Position numbers and translations under genes: made by a program
The notes under the pieces: model-generated
What the model was told of the DNA's origin: nothing
The model's database searches: none
Seen by the model: only the letters and a program-made list of their open reading frames with translations
Source of the DNA: Acidobacteriaceae bacterium
Lineage (GTDB): Bacteria; Acidobacteriota; Terriglobia; Terriglobales; Acidobacteriaceae
Direction: 5' to 3'
Assembly: GCA_036272255.1 (NCBI GenBank)
Contig: DATAZC010000034.1
Location: 716-64,715 of the forward strand
DNA length: 64,000 bases
Shown here: piece after piece, positions 33,716 to 43,716 of the stretch
How the letters are laid out: every line of letters starts with the position of its first letter
Numbering within the stretch: the first letter of the stretch is position 1

Positions 33716-36370
33716 TCAGTCGCCTGGATGACCCGGCGGCGCGGCGCTCGGTGTCAGGGAGACAGGCGCAATATTCCATCCTTGCAAAAGAACGGCTGGG
33801 GTTGCGGGAGCATCGCCAGGCAATCGGGCGGTCAGAGTGACAGATTCTCCCGGTGTCAGCTCGATCCAGTTATCGGACCAGTAGACCGGCGCGATGAGGC
33901 CGCCATCCTGAGTGCGGACAGCTGCGGAGAGCTGAAACGCAAGCGTCGAGGATGTGTTGTGCAGATGGAGGTGAACCCGACGCCCCTTCGAGGTTTGCTC
34001 GATATCGGCTGACGCTTCTACCTGGGCCTTCGGCAGATTGGCCAATGCGGTCAGGTCGGCATATCGCTCGGCAGGTGTGTGCGTGTAATCGGTGCGATTC
34101 CAGTCGAAACTGGTCAGCGTGTAAGGAACCCAGTAGAAGTTGCGGCTGACGATATGGCCGTCGGCATCGGTCAGCGTGAGATCGATGAAGAAGATCCGTT
34201 CCTTGCCCGAGTAGAGGGAGTCGGGAATCGAGAAGACCTGCTGCGAGCTATCCGGAGCTGCATTGACGGGCGCATCCGCGTGATAGAGATCGTTCCAATG
34301 AATGCCATGAACCTGCACGGTTGCGTGTAATTTGCGAACGGCGTTGTAGGTGCTGTTCACCACCACGATGGTGCGATCGTCGTAGGAGTACTGGATGTGG
34401 ATTGGTTCGCAGGCTTTTTTCGCCGCGAAATAGCCCGCGTCGGCGTCGAGATAGTAGTCGTAGAGGTGCCAGATCATTGAGGGCCAGGCGTTGTTCAGCA
34501 TCCACTGGATGACGCCGGTCGAAAAATATTTGTTCTTGCTGTAGGCCTCGAACATGGCCCGTTCGGAATCGTAGGCCATGGTTTGTGCCATCCGCTCATA
34601 GTCTGCGGCGGACGACGGTGTCGCGTACATCGCGGCGATCGCTTCATCCATAACCTTCAGAGTGGTGAATTCGCCCCCGCCATTGTGATAGCTCCAGTCA
34701 GCGGTGGGCGGCCAGGCATCGGGGTCGGAAAGAAACTTCTGACGGCTGGCGAGCGAAGGAATCGCCGGACCCGGGCTCGTCTCGGTATTGAAGCCGTAAT
34801 TGCCGCCATTGTGCTGATCGACGTACCAGTAGCTGGGCGGAACGTAGTCGTAAGGGCCACTCATTTTGACGCCGTCGTGTCCGGCTAATGTGTTGGCGGC
34901 AGAAGCCGCTGCGAGCGTTGGGTTCGGCCAGTGCGTTTCGTCCTCTACCTGCAGGTAGACCTTCTCGACGTTGGCCGGAGGCGCGTTGTCGCTGCCATTG
35001 AGCCACACCAACAAGCTGGCGTGCGACCGAAGACGCAGCATCTGATCGTGCAGCGATGCTTTGGCTATATCGAGGTCGTGCGGAGTCCAGTCCTTCCAGT
35101 GCTCCCAGTGATCGCAGCAGCACCATCCGAGCATGACAAGAATGCCTTCGCGATCCGTGAGCCGGAAGAAGTCCTCTGTCTCCAGCTTGCCCTCAAGGCG
35201 AATCGTGTTCAGGTTCATGTCGCGAACCAGACTGATTTGATCGCGCAGCCGAGCCGGATCGTTGCGCAGCAGCATGTCGGGCGACCAGCCTGCGCCGCGC
35301 ATGAGAATCGGCTTGCCGTTGATGCGGAACAGGCGAGATCCATTCGCAGTCAGTTCGGAAGTGATCTCCCGGATGCCGAAGTCCACGCTTTGCGTATCGG
35401 AAACGACGCCATCCTCTGAAAAGCTCATGCTCAGATGCTCGAGATGCGGATCGCCCATCTGGTTGGGCCACCATGGCTTTGGATTATGAATGCGCAGAGC
35501 AGGGAATTGCTCCGGAGTAAAGACGACGGTCTTTTCCTCATCAGCAGCGAGTTCGACTGGCTCTTGAAACTGCACACCCGCGGCGGTTCCGCTGACCACG
35601 CCGCGAACCGGATGGCCAGCACCGTTGTGTAATTCCGCGTACACGGTTAAATCAGCGTCTTTCAGTGATTCGTCAGGGAAGTGCGTGACCGCCATCGGCG
35701 AGCGCAGCGTGACCGATCCAGTGGTGACGAGGTTGACGTCGCCCCACAGACCCATGTCTTTATCGGGAGGGGCAGGATTCCAGTCGACCCAGTTAATGCC
35801 GAGGTCCTTGTCGCTGGGCGCAAAAGCTTCGACGGCAAGAACGTTGGCAGAGCCCGGCTTCACGAAATCCGTTACGTCAAAGTCATAAGTTCGGTAAGCG
35901 CCAGCAACGGTTGTGCTGTCAGCGATGCGATGTCCATTTACCCAGACATCGCCGCGATAGTTAATTCCGCCAAAGTGGATTGTGGTGCGCCGATCGCGCG
36001 CAGCGGGTACGGTGAACTCGACCCGATACCACCAGCCGCAATGGTAGGGGCTATCTTCCGGGACCGGCAGCTCCGCAAAGTTGTGACCGAGGGGATAGGT
36101 GGCGCCAGGAATGTTGCGCAGATTCATGGCGAAATAGGGATCGGGAAAAACCTTGTCCGCTACCTGAGCGGCCAACACCGTGCTGGGCACAGTCGCATGC
36201 GGCCAGCCATCGACTGAGAATCCGGAGACGGAGATCGCGGCTCCATCGGCCTGGATTTGACAGGCGGACTGGATGCGCCAGCCATCACTCAACGGGCTGA
36301 CGCTGGTGGTTGCCGCGCACAGGGGCAGAGTGCAAAGAGTCAGGAGAAGAGTGAAGACATTGCGAGCCAT
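33716..36370 (-). CDS. GH2-family glycoside hydrolase (exo-beta-D-glucosaminidase / beta-mannosidase-like), secreted
   Basis: Start at the internal ATG at 36370 (MARNVFTLLLTLCTLPLCAATT, signal peptide). GH2 sugar-binding, Ig-like and TIM-barrel order, with RLEGKLETEDFF...GWCCCDHWEHW. Confidence 0.8.
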   Translation of the reverse strand: MARNVFTLLLTLCTLPLCAATTSVSPLSDGWRIQSACQIQADGAAISVSGFSVDGWPHATVPSTVLAAQVADKVFPDPYFAMNLRNIPGATYPLGHNFAELPVPEDSPYHCGWWYRVEFTVPAARDRRTTIHFGGINYRGDVWVNGHRIADSTTVAGAYRTYDFDVTDFVKPGSANVLAVEAFAPSDKDLGINWVDWNPAPPDKDMGLWGDVNLVTTGSVTLRSPMAVTHFPDESLKDADLTVYAELHNGAGHPVRGVVSGTAAGVQFQEPVELAADEEKTVVFTPEQFPALRIHNPKPWWPNQMGDPHLEHLSMSFSEDGVVSDTQSVDFGIREITSELTANGSRLFRINGKPILMRGAGWSPDMLLRNDPARLRDQISLVRDMNLNTIRLEGKLETEDFFRLTDREGILVMLGWCCCDHWEHWKDWTPHDLDIAKASLHDQMLRLRSHASLLVWLNGSDNAPPANVEKVYLQVEDETHWPNPTLAAASAANTLAGHDGVKMSGPYDYVPPSYWYVDQHNGGNYGFNTETSPGPAIPSLASRQKFLSDPDAWPPTADWSYHNGGGEFTTLKVMDEAIAAMYATPSSAADYERMAQTMAYDSERAMFEAYSKNKYFSTGVIQWMLNNAWPSMIWHLYDYYLDADAGYFAAKKACEPIHIQYSYDDRTIVVVNSTYNAVRKLHATVQVHGIHWNDLYHADAPVNAAPDSSQQVFSIPDSLYSGKERIFFIDLTLTDADGHIVSRNFYWVPYTLTSFDWNRTDYTHTPAERYADLTALANLPKAQVEASADIEQTSKGRRVHLHLHNTSSTLAFQLSAAVRTQDGGLIAPVYWSDNWIELTPGESVTLTARLPGDAPATPAVLLQGWNIAPVSLTPSAAPPGHPGD

Positions 36371-36466
36371 CTGCGGAAACCTTTCTGACGTCAGACTGCG
36401 GTCGTGCAACCAGGGCCCTTTTACTGCGTGAAACGAAGCGAATGCCGATCGAGCAAATTGCATTTG

Positions 36467-37600
36467 TCAGGAACGGCGGTTTCCGTTTCTGGAGTTCATG
36501 AAGGTTGTAGGTGGCGAAGCCGTGGACATGCGCACAACCAGCTCCGGCCGCGTGCGATGCAGCCGAACCTTTTTTTCTTTGCCGCGAATCGCCTGGAGTA
36601 CACGCTCGGCAGCTTCCATACCCATCTCGCGCAGGGGCTGGCGAATGGTGGTCATGGCGGGAGTCGCCACCTCAGCGGGAAGAATGTCGTCGAATCCCAT
36701 CACGGAACAATCCTCGGGTACCCGCAAGCCGGCCTCGCGTAAGCCTCGCACCACACCCAATGCCGTAAGGTCGTCGAATGCCAGGACCGCCGAGAACGGT
36801 TGGCCCGCAGTCAGCATGGCTCGCGTGAATTGCAGTCCACCTGCAAACCCCGATGCGGGCCCGGCGACGCCGGGAAGCTGAAACACCAGCCGCTCGTCCA
36901 GTTTCATGCCACACTGCGCGGCCACATCGCGAACGCCTTTCCAGCGCGGTTCGGAATCGCACAACTCCTGAGGACCACGGATCACGGCGATGCGGCGATG
37001 GCCGAGTTCGTACAGGTGCCGCATAGCCAGAGCGCCGCCTTCCTCATTGTCGACGAGGATGGAACTGGTCCCACGCGCGCTGAGATCGCGGCCGATGATC
37101 AGAATCGGCACGTTGTTTTTGCGCACGTCCCCGAGGAGATTCATCTCCTCGAAAACCCAGCTCGCGATCACGATTACGGCATCGGCGCGGCGTTCCAGCA
37201 GCATATGCAGATAGTCGTCGAAGAGGGCGCGCTGCGTCTGCACGTCCATCAACAGCGGGAAATAGGCAGATGGCTGCAGCTTTGCCTGAATTCCGCGCAC
37301 GATGGGAATGCAAAATGGATCAGAAAGATCGAAGGCAACGATACCGATGGTCTGCGTGCTGCGCCGCCGCAGGCTCCTCGCGTAGGCGTCGGGATGATAA
37401 CCCAGCTGTTGCGCAATCGTGCGGATGTGGGTTCGCGTGGTGGCCGCCACGTTTTGCGACAGGGGCGCCTCACTCAGCACGATGGAGACTGTGGAGACCG
37501 AAAAACCGCTGGCGCGCGCTATGTCGAGCAGCGTGACGTGACCGGACTTCCGTTGACCCACCTGCTCTCCTTTCGAAAATGCTCCCAACCGCGCTTTCAT
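36467..37600 (-). CDS. LacI-family transcriptional regulator
   Basis: HTH VTLLDIARASGFSVSTVSIVLSE and sugar-binding core IGIVAFDLSDPFCIPIVRGIQ. It is divergent from the second receptor gene. Confidence 0.9.
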   Translation of the reverse strand: MKARLGAFSKGEQVGQRKSGHVTLLDIARASGFSVSTVSIVLSEAPLSQNVAATTRTHIRTIAQQLGYHPDAYARSLRRRSTQTIGIVAFDLSDPFCIPIVRGIQAKLQPSAYFPLLMDVQTQRALFDDYLHMLLERRADAVIVIASWVFEEMNLLGDVRKNNVPILIIGRDLSARGTSSILVDNEEGGALAMRHLYELGHRRIAVIRGPQELCDSEPRWKGVRDVAAQCGMKLDERLVFQLPGVAGPASGFAGGLQFTRAMLTAGQPFSAVLAFDDLTALGVVRGLREAGLRVPEDCSVMGFDDILPAEVATPAMTTIRQPLREMGMEAAERVLQAIRGKEKKVRLHRTRPELVVRMSTASPPTTFMNSRNGNRRS

Positions 37601-37601
37601 C

Positions 37602-37630
37602 TTGACAGTCCGAGGGGGCCGGGCTATATT
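37602..37630 (+). promoter_or_regulatory. Near-consensus sigma70 promoter TTGACA-N17-TATATT
   Basis: TTGACA at 37602-37607, an exact 17-nt spacer, and TATATT at 37625-37630, about 50 nt upstream of the receptor start codon at 37683. Confidence 0.5.
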
Positions 37631-37643
37631 CCGCTAAATCGGG

Positions 37644-37657
37644 TTCAAACGTTTCAA
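37644..37657. promoter_or_regulatory. Candidate LacI-family operator TTCAAACGTTTCAA
   Basis: A 14-bp palindrome with one mismatched pair and a central CG, 14 nt downstream of the -10 box. Its half-site TTGAAAC differs by one base from TTGAAAG of the site at 4466-4479. Confidence 0.4.
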
Positions 37658-37682
37658 TTAATGTAATCCCTGGGGGCTGCCG

Positions 37683-40600
37683 GTGAAAACAGAATATTCG
37701 AAAAATTATCCGCTCCTGTTCAGGCTTGCATGTCTGGCGCTTGCACTCGCCGCTGCGCAGGCGGTCTTTGCCCAGGCAGGGCGTGGAGGCATCAGCGGAA
37801 CCGTCTCTGATGCCAGCGGAGCTATCGTGCCCGGCGCCTCAGTTTCGGCTACCGATAACTCCACCGGCGCAAAGCTCACTACCGTCACCACCGATTCCGG
37901 TGTTTACTCCTTTGTGTCGCTCGCTCCGGGAGTGTATGAGGTCACGGCCACCGCCAAAGGTTTTGGCACTGTGGTGCAGAAGGGAATCAGCGTCACCATC
38001 GACCAGGTTTCCTCGGTCAACTTCGCGCTAACCGTCGGCTCCGTCAATCAGGTGGTCACCGTCAACGGAACGGCTGAACTAATGGATACCAGCAACTCCA
38101 CCGTGGGGCAGCTGATTGGCACAGCCACCATCGACCGCGTCCCGCTTCTTACGCGCAATGTTTTCGATCTCATCCAGCTCAGCGCCGGTGTGACACCTGC
38201 CAACGGAGCGCCGAATTCTTCCAGCTCCTATGCGATCGAGAACATTTCCAGTGGCCGTCCCGGCGTCGACGTCTCTTCTTATTCAGTGAATGGCGCTATT
38301 GAGGGCTCCGTCTATTACATGATCGACGGCAGCCCGATCGGCATTGCGGAAAACAATCCCGCCGCCATCATTCCGGCCATGGACCTGCCCGAGGACGATG
38401 TGGATGAGGTTCGTGTGGAGACGCAAAACACCCCGGCCTCGTACCAAAGCGGTGCGGCGGGCGTGATCAGCGTTGCAACCAAGTCGGGTGGCGACAAGTT
38501 CCACGGCGACGTATTCGGAGTCTTCCGTCCCGAAGCGCTCGCTTCCAACGAGTATTTCAACAAGCAATACGACGCGCAGAACGGACTGAAGAATACGCCG
38601 CCCGCCTTCCATCGCTACCAGGAGGGCGGAGCGATCGGTGGACCGATCCTGCACGGGAAGCTCTTCTTTTTTGGCGACTACGAAGCGACGCAGCAACAGC
38701 AATACGACGGGTCAAATCGGTTTGTAGTGCCTACGACAGCGGAGCGGGCCGGCGATTTCTCGGCAAATCCTTTCACCATCTATGATCCGACGCAGCCGGA
38801 CATCGCGACCGGTCCACTAGCCGGTACCCGGCAGCCGTTTGCAGGCAACGTGATAGCCAATCCGAATCCCACGGCCGAGAAGTTTTTGGCTGAGATGCCA
38901 AAATGCAACATCAGCAACGTTCCCGGCATACCCTGCGATCAACAGTCGGATGACCTGACGCCTAACTTCTTTCTGCCGGGTCTCGATCCCACCAAGGCGC
39001 AGAAGTTCGATGTTCGCCTGGACTGGACCCCAGGCGAGAAGCAGCGCATCTTTGGACGCTTTTCGTTCGACCGCCTGTTCACTTCCACGTTTAATTCCTT
39101 CGGCAATATGTGGGATCTGAACTACGCGCAGAACGTGACGAATGGCCGCAACATTCTGCTGGCAGATGACCTGACTCTGAACGCCAGAACCGCGCTGCAG
39201 CTGCGCTACTCTTTCACTCGCCATTACGAAAATCAGGGCGGAGATCCAGGCCAGACAGGCTACGACATCACGAAGCTCGGGTTTCCAGCTTCATTGGCCA
39301 GCGAAGAGGTGTACAAACTGCTGCCGTTTGTCATATTCAACGACAACGGGAGTGGTGTGGGCGGCACCGCGGACTACAACACGTTTATTTTCGCCAGCGA
39401 GAACAGCGACGCGAGTGCGAGCCTGACGCGCGTTTTCGGAAAGCACGAAATTTCCACCGGTTTTGAATACATGAAGCGCTTTCTGAATGTCGGCCAGCCG
39501 GTCGCGCCGGCAGGTTCGTACGCGTTCGATATTTCGGCCACCGACCAAACAACCAATTCGGCCACGGGCGGCAGCGATTTTGCTTCGTTCCTGGTGGGCA
39601 TGGGCACGGCTCCCGGCACGGAGTCGGATAATTATCCAAACTTCTCGAAAGATCTCTTCGCCGCCGAAGCCAGTCCATACTACGCGGCCTTTGTCGAAGA
39701 CACCTGGCGCCCGACCAAAGCGCTCACAGTTACGGCCGGGCTCCGGTGGGATATCTTTGGTGGCCGCACCGAGCGTCACAATCGTCTCGAGTATTTTGAT
39801 CCGAAAGCGAGCGCCAGTGTCGGCGGCGTCTCGTACACGGGTGCGGAAGTATACGTGGATGGCAGTCATCGCTCTCCGTTTACAACCAATCTCACCAACT
39901 TCGGTCCGCGTCTCGGCTTCTCCTGGCAGGCCGCTTCGCATCTGGTGTTGCGCGGTGGCGCCGGGTTTTATTACGGACCCAGTTCACAGACAGTAGGCAG
40001 CGCTTCGCTCGACAGCGACGGCTTTACAACACAAACCACATGGAACGCGACCGACTGGAACAACGATCCGAACACCGTTGCCTACGATTGCTCGAACGAA
40101 GGGGTCTGCGGCGGCCAGGGCAACACCATTATGATCAGCTCGCTCAGCAACCCTTTTCCCAACGGCGTGGTCGAACCCATCAGTGCGCCTACAGGGCTGG
40201 GGAACAACCTGGGCACGACACTGAACGCCATGCTGCATTCGCAGCGTACCGCGACGACCTACAACTTCAACTTTGGATTCGAATACGAATTTCCACACCA
40301 GTTGGTACTAAGCGCAGCCTACGTAGGCAGCAGGGGCCTGTTTCTGCCGCTGTCCTCCGTAGATTTGAACCAGCTCGACCTGGGAACCATTGGCCAGTAT
40401 CAGGCTGGTCTGCTGAACACCCAGGTGCCGAACCAGTGGGCCGCGATTCAGCCCGCGACGAATGCCAATAGCGGCGCCACCTCCGTTCCGCTCTGGGTTG
40501 CCGTTCAGCCCTATCCGCAGTTCGGCAACGGCAGCTACGGAGCGGGCAACGGCGTGAACCTGCACGGCTATCCCGGCGGCGATTCCGACTACAGCTCGCT

Positions 40601-41339
40601 GCAAACCAAACTGCAAAAGCGGTTGACGCATCATTTCACCACCCTTAGCAGCTTTACCTGGGCCAAGCTGATCACCGACGACGGCAACCCGCCGTTGGGC
40701 TTCGTCGGCTCGCACCTTGGCTCGCCCCAGGACTGGAGAAACATGCAGTATGAACATTCAGTGAGCCCGCAGGACGTGAAGTACCAGTTCACTGGTGAGG
40801 TTTCCTACGACCTTCCGGTGGGCAAGGATCGTGCCGTCCAGCTCAACCGCTTTGCGGATGCCGTCCTCGGCGGCTGGACGACGAACGGAATCTTCTACTG
40901 GAGCGGCGGTATTCCTGTTGCATCGCCTCTGGTGGGGGCCGCAACGTCGTACTTCAATCAGCGCCCGGATCTGACCTGCGATCCGAGTAAAGGCGCGCCG
41001 CACACAGTGAACACCTGGTTCAATCCAACCTGTTTTGCGATCCCGCAATCGTCCTTTGTAGCCGGAAGTGCCCCGGCTTATCTCGATCATGTGAGAACCA
41101 TGGGCGCAAACGATGTTGACCTTTCCCTCTACAAAGCATTCTCGTTTGGAGAAACCCGCCAGTTGCGCCTCGATGTCTCTTCTTACAACGTTGCAAATCG
41201 CGCACAATTCGGTATGCCTGGCGTTCCCAGCATCACGGACGTACAGAGCCAGCCCGCGGAGGCGGCGTTGTTCGGACAAATCACATCGACGGTGAACTCG
41301 CCTCGGCAATTCCAGTTCGGAACGCGATTTACTTTCTGA
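37683..41339 (+). CDS. TonB-dependent-receptor-like outer-membrane protein with carboxypeptidase-regulatory-like domain (paralogue of 4538-7813)
   Basis: GTG start and signal peptide ...LALALAAAQAVFAQ. GISGTVSDASGAIVPGASVSATDNSTGAKLTTVTTDSGVYSFVSLAPGVYEVTA, a large beta-barrel body and a C-terminal ...GTRFTF. Confidence 0.85.
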   Translation: MKTEYSKNYPLLFRLACLALALAAAQAVFAQAGRGGISGTVSDASGAIVPGASVSATDNSTGAKLTTVTTDSGVYSFVSLAPGVYEVTATAKGFGTVVQKGISVTIDQVSSVNFALTVGSVNQVVTVNGTAELMDTSNSTVGQLIGTATIDRVPLLTRNVFDLIQLSAGVTPANGAPNSSSSYAIENISSGRPGVDVSSYSVNGAIEGSVYYMIDGSPIGIAENNPAAIIPAMDLPEDDVDEVRVETQNTPASYQSGAAGVISVATKSGGDKFHGDVFGVFRPEALASNEYFNKQYDAQNGLKNTPPAFHRYQEGGAIGGPILHGKLFFFGDYEATQQQQYDGSNRFVVPTTAERAGDFSANPFTIYDPTQPDIATGPLAGTRQPFAGNVIANPNPTAEKFLAEMPKCNISNVPGIPCDQQSDDLTPNFFLPGLDPTKAQKFDVRLDWTPGEKQRIFGRFSFDRLFTSTFNSFGNMWDLNYAQNVTNGRNILLADDLTLNARTALQLRYSFTRHYENQGGDPGQTGYDITKLGFPASLASEEVYKLLPFVIFNDNGSGVGGTADYNTFIFASENSDASASLTRVFGKHEISTGFEYMKRFLNVGQPVAPAGSYAFDISATDQTTNSATGGSDFASFLVGMGTAPGTESDNYPNFSKDLFAAEASPYYAAFVEDTWRPTKALTVTAGLRWDIFGGRTERHNRLEYFDPKASASVGGVSYTGAEVYVDGSHRSPFTTNLTNFGPRLGFSWQAASHLVLRGGAGFYYGPSSQTVGSASLDSDGFTTQTTWNATDWNNDPNTVAYDCSNEGVCGGQGNTIMISSLSNPFPNGVVEPISAPTGLGNNLGTTLNAMLHSQRTATTYNFNFGFEYEFPHQLVLSAAYVGSRGLFLPLSSVDLNQLDLGTIGQYQAGLLNTQVPNQWAAIQPATNANSGATSVPLWVAVQPYPQFGNGSYGAGNGVNLHGYPGGDSDYSSLQTKLQKRLTHHFTTLSSFTWAKLITDDGNPPLGFVGSHLGSPQDWRNMQYEHSVSPQDVKYQFTGEVSYDLPVGKDRAVQLNRFADAVLGGWTTNGIFYWSGGIPVASPLVGAATSYFNQRPDLTCDPSKGAPHTVNTWFNPTCFAIPQSSFVAGSAPAYLDHVRTMGANDVDLSLYKAFSFGETRQLRLDVSSYNVANRAQFGMPGVPSITDVQSQPAEAALFGQITSTVNSPRQFQFGTRFTF

Positions 41340-41355
41340 TGTAGCTGACCGAAGA

Positions 41356-43479
41356 TCAATCCGCAGCGCCGAGTCGCATTTCCGCCGTGCTCACAGAAAA
41401 TCCGGTTGGACGGAAGATGTCCGCCACCACGCGTCGTAAGCCGTTCATCGAAGTGGTGGCGCGGATCTGCATGTCCTGTCCTGGCATGACGGGAGCGAGC
41501 GGTTGCACACTCCCATCAACGGGCAAATCGTCGTATCCATAAAACAACCAGCGAACGGAGTAGCCGCGCAGCGTATAGGCGGGCAGCGCTGTGCGGGTAA
41601 CGATGTGCAACGTGAATTCGTCTCCGGTGGCGCGGATCGTGAGGCTCTGGATTGGGCTCGCCTCCCGTCGCAGGGCGTCGAACGAGGGCTTTCGGCCGGC
41701 GTAAAGATCAACGATTCCATGCACTCTCTGGCGAAGGGCCCCTGCTCCCTTGTCGCCGGCAATGGTTCGATAGTCGTTGTAGTCGAAGTAGATGGCGCCG
41801 GCAACCTCGGGAAATTCGCGGAACACCGCGGTGTGGTCGCGAATGATGCGGATTCGATGTTCGTCGCCGGGAGGCATCGTCGGCTGGCATTCGCACCAGC
41901 CATATTCGGAGATCACGATGGGTTTGTTTGGGAAGGCCTTGCGGGTGCGGTCAAGACAGGATCGCAGTTCCACCGGACCGCCGGGCGACCAGCTGCCGTA
42001 GTATTCGTTGACGGAGATGAAGTCTAAATCTCCCGCCATGTCGGCTTCGGGATGCTCCTGAAGAGAATTCGAAGCGTAAGTCAGAAGGCGCGATGGATCG
42101 AGGGTCCGCGCTTCGTCGGCAAGCTTCCGGGCAAAGGCGCGCGAAGCTGGATTCTGGCCGTTGACCTCGTTGCACAGGCCCCAGGAAACGATGCAGGGAT
42201 GGTTGCGGTCGCGGCTGATCATCTCGCGCAGCTGTTCCACACCGTTCGAGTCGAGTTGCGACTTGAGTTCTGGCGACAGGTTGTCAAAGGTGGCAGGTCC
42301 CCAGGCCGGCACTTCTTCCTGCATGAGAATTCCGTGACGATCGCAGAAGTCGAGAACCCTTTGGTCCTGAGCCCAGTGAACGCGAGTGAAGATGCAGTTC
42401 AGGTCTTTCAGGTCGCGATGGTTCGCATCGATCCAGGCGGTTGGCTCCGCCATGCCGTATTCGGGATGGCTGCCGGCCATGCGCTCAACGCCGAAGAGGG
42501 ATACGCGCTCGCCGTTGAGATAGAACGATGAGCCGCGCGTCTCAAATTTGCGAATGCCAAAGTGGTCAACGCAGGTATCCAATTGTCCATCGGCTTCGAC
42601 GGTGGCTTCGGCCCAGTAGAGATGGGGGGCGTCAAAGTGCCAAAGGCGAGGGGAATCCATCTGGATTGGGTCCAGTACGATTTTCGTCACGGACCGCGGC
42701 GGCAGATCCGTTTGTCTCGCAATGCGCATTTGCCGGGAGCCACTGGTTTCTTCGCGCAGTTCAGCTGACAGACGGGCGCTCCGCGCGGCCGGTTGGGTGT
42801 TGCGCACAACCGCGGCCAGCGACACATGGGCCGTGTTTCGCTCAAGATCAGGAACGGCATCGATTTCGAGTCGTTCAATAAAGACCGGCGCCGACACTCG
42901 CAGGTGGACCGGGCGGGTGATCCCTCCGTCGTTGGCCCAGTCAAAGGACTGCATTCTGGGCAGCATGGTCTTCGAGAAGGAGTTATCAACCCGAACGGAT
43001 AGATCATTCGGCTGACCGTAGCGCAAGGCGGGAGAGAGATCGCAAGTGAAGGCTGTATAGCCTTTTCCCACGTGCTGACCGATCACCTTCCCATTGAGAA
43101 ATACAGATGCGGTGTGAAAGACGGCTTCGAATTCGACGCGAACGAAGCGGTGGCGCCAGGCTTCAAGCGCGATGATTTCTCTTCTGTACCACGCGACGCC
43201 GACGTAGTCCGGCGAGCCGCTGAGCGATTGCCAGGTGTGGGGCACGGAGACGGTTTGCCAGTCGGTGTTGAAGGTCGTCGCGCCGGCGGCAGAAGAGGCG
43301 GCGCCTGGATCGAGGCGAAATTGCCAGCCGTCCTCCAGATCGATGGCCTCGCCGCCCAGGCTCGCTGCGCGGGAATCTGACTCGGCAGCGAAAGCAGCGG
43401 AGAGCGAGAATGCGGAGGCGGCGCCCAGTGCGGACACGCTCGACAGGAGTTTGCGTCTTGAAATCATAGAACCCTTCAT
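41356..43479 (-). CDS. GH2-family glycoside hydrolase (beta-galactosidase/beta-glucuronidase-like) with Tat-type leader
   Basis: Start at the internal ATG at 43479 (MKGSMISRRKLLSSVSALGAASAFSLSAAFA). NHPCIVSWGLCNEVNG is acid/base Glu context and PIVISEYGWC is nucleophile Glu context. Confidence 0.85.
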   Translation of the reverse strand: MKGSMISRRKLLSSVSALGAASAFSLSAAFAAESDSRAASLGGEAIDLEDGWQFRLDPGAASSAAGATTFNTDWQTVSVPHTWQSLSGSPDYVGVAWYRREIIALEAWRHRFVRVEFEAVFHTASVFLNGKVIGQHVGKGYTAFTCDLSPALRYGQPNDLSVRVDNSFSKTMLPRMQSFDWANDGGITRPVHLRVSAPVFIERLEIDAVPDLERNTAHVSLAAVVRNTQPAARSARLSAELREETSGSRQMRIARQTDLPPRSVTKIVLDPIQMDSPRLWHFDAPHLYWAEATVEADGQLDTCVDHFGIRKFETRGSSFYLNGERVSLFGVERMAGSHPEYGMAEPTAWIDANHRDLKDLNCIFTRVHWAQDQRVLDFCDRHGILMQEEVPAWGPATFDNLSPELKSQLDSNGVEQLREMISRDRNHPCIVSWGLCNEVNGQNPASRAFARKLADEARTLDPSRLLTYASNSLQEHPEADMAGDLDFISVNEYYGSWSPGGPVELRSCLDRTRKAFPNKPIVISEYGWCECQPTMPPGDEHRIRIIRDHTAVFREFPEVAGAIYFDYNDYRTIAGDKGAGALRQRVHGIVDLYAGRKPSFDALRREASPIQSLTIRATGDEFTLHIVTRTALPAYTLRGYSVRWLFYGYDDLPVDGSVQPLAPVMPGQDMQIRATTSMNGLRRVVADIFRPTGFSVSTAEMRLGAAD

Positions 43480-43716
43480 TCCAGCTTGCGCCGCTGGAAC
43501 CCATATCGGCCCATCCAGGCGGCGATGACAGGGTAGCTCACACGCTCGGCGGGTGTATTTGCCAGGGACGACGGCGTGGCAGGAGATTGAGATCTCCTGC
43601 GTTTCAATGACGGACGGAACTTTGTAAGGTAAGATTACAAATCGACGGGGGGCGCCTCGGAACCCCGATCCCGAGTGCTCGCCGCTGCTGTCCGTTCTGG
43701 ACGGAGGTCTCAGCCG

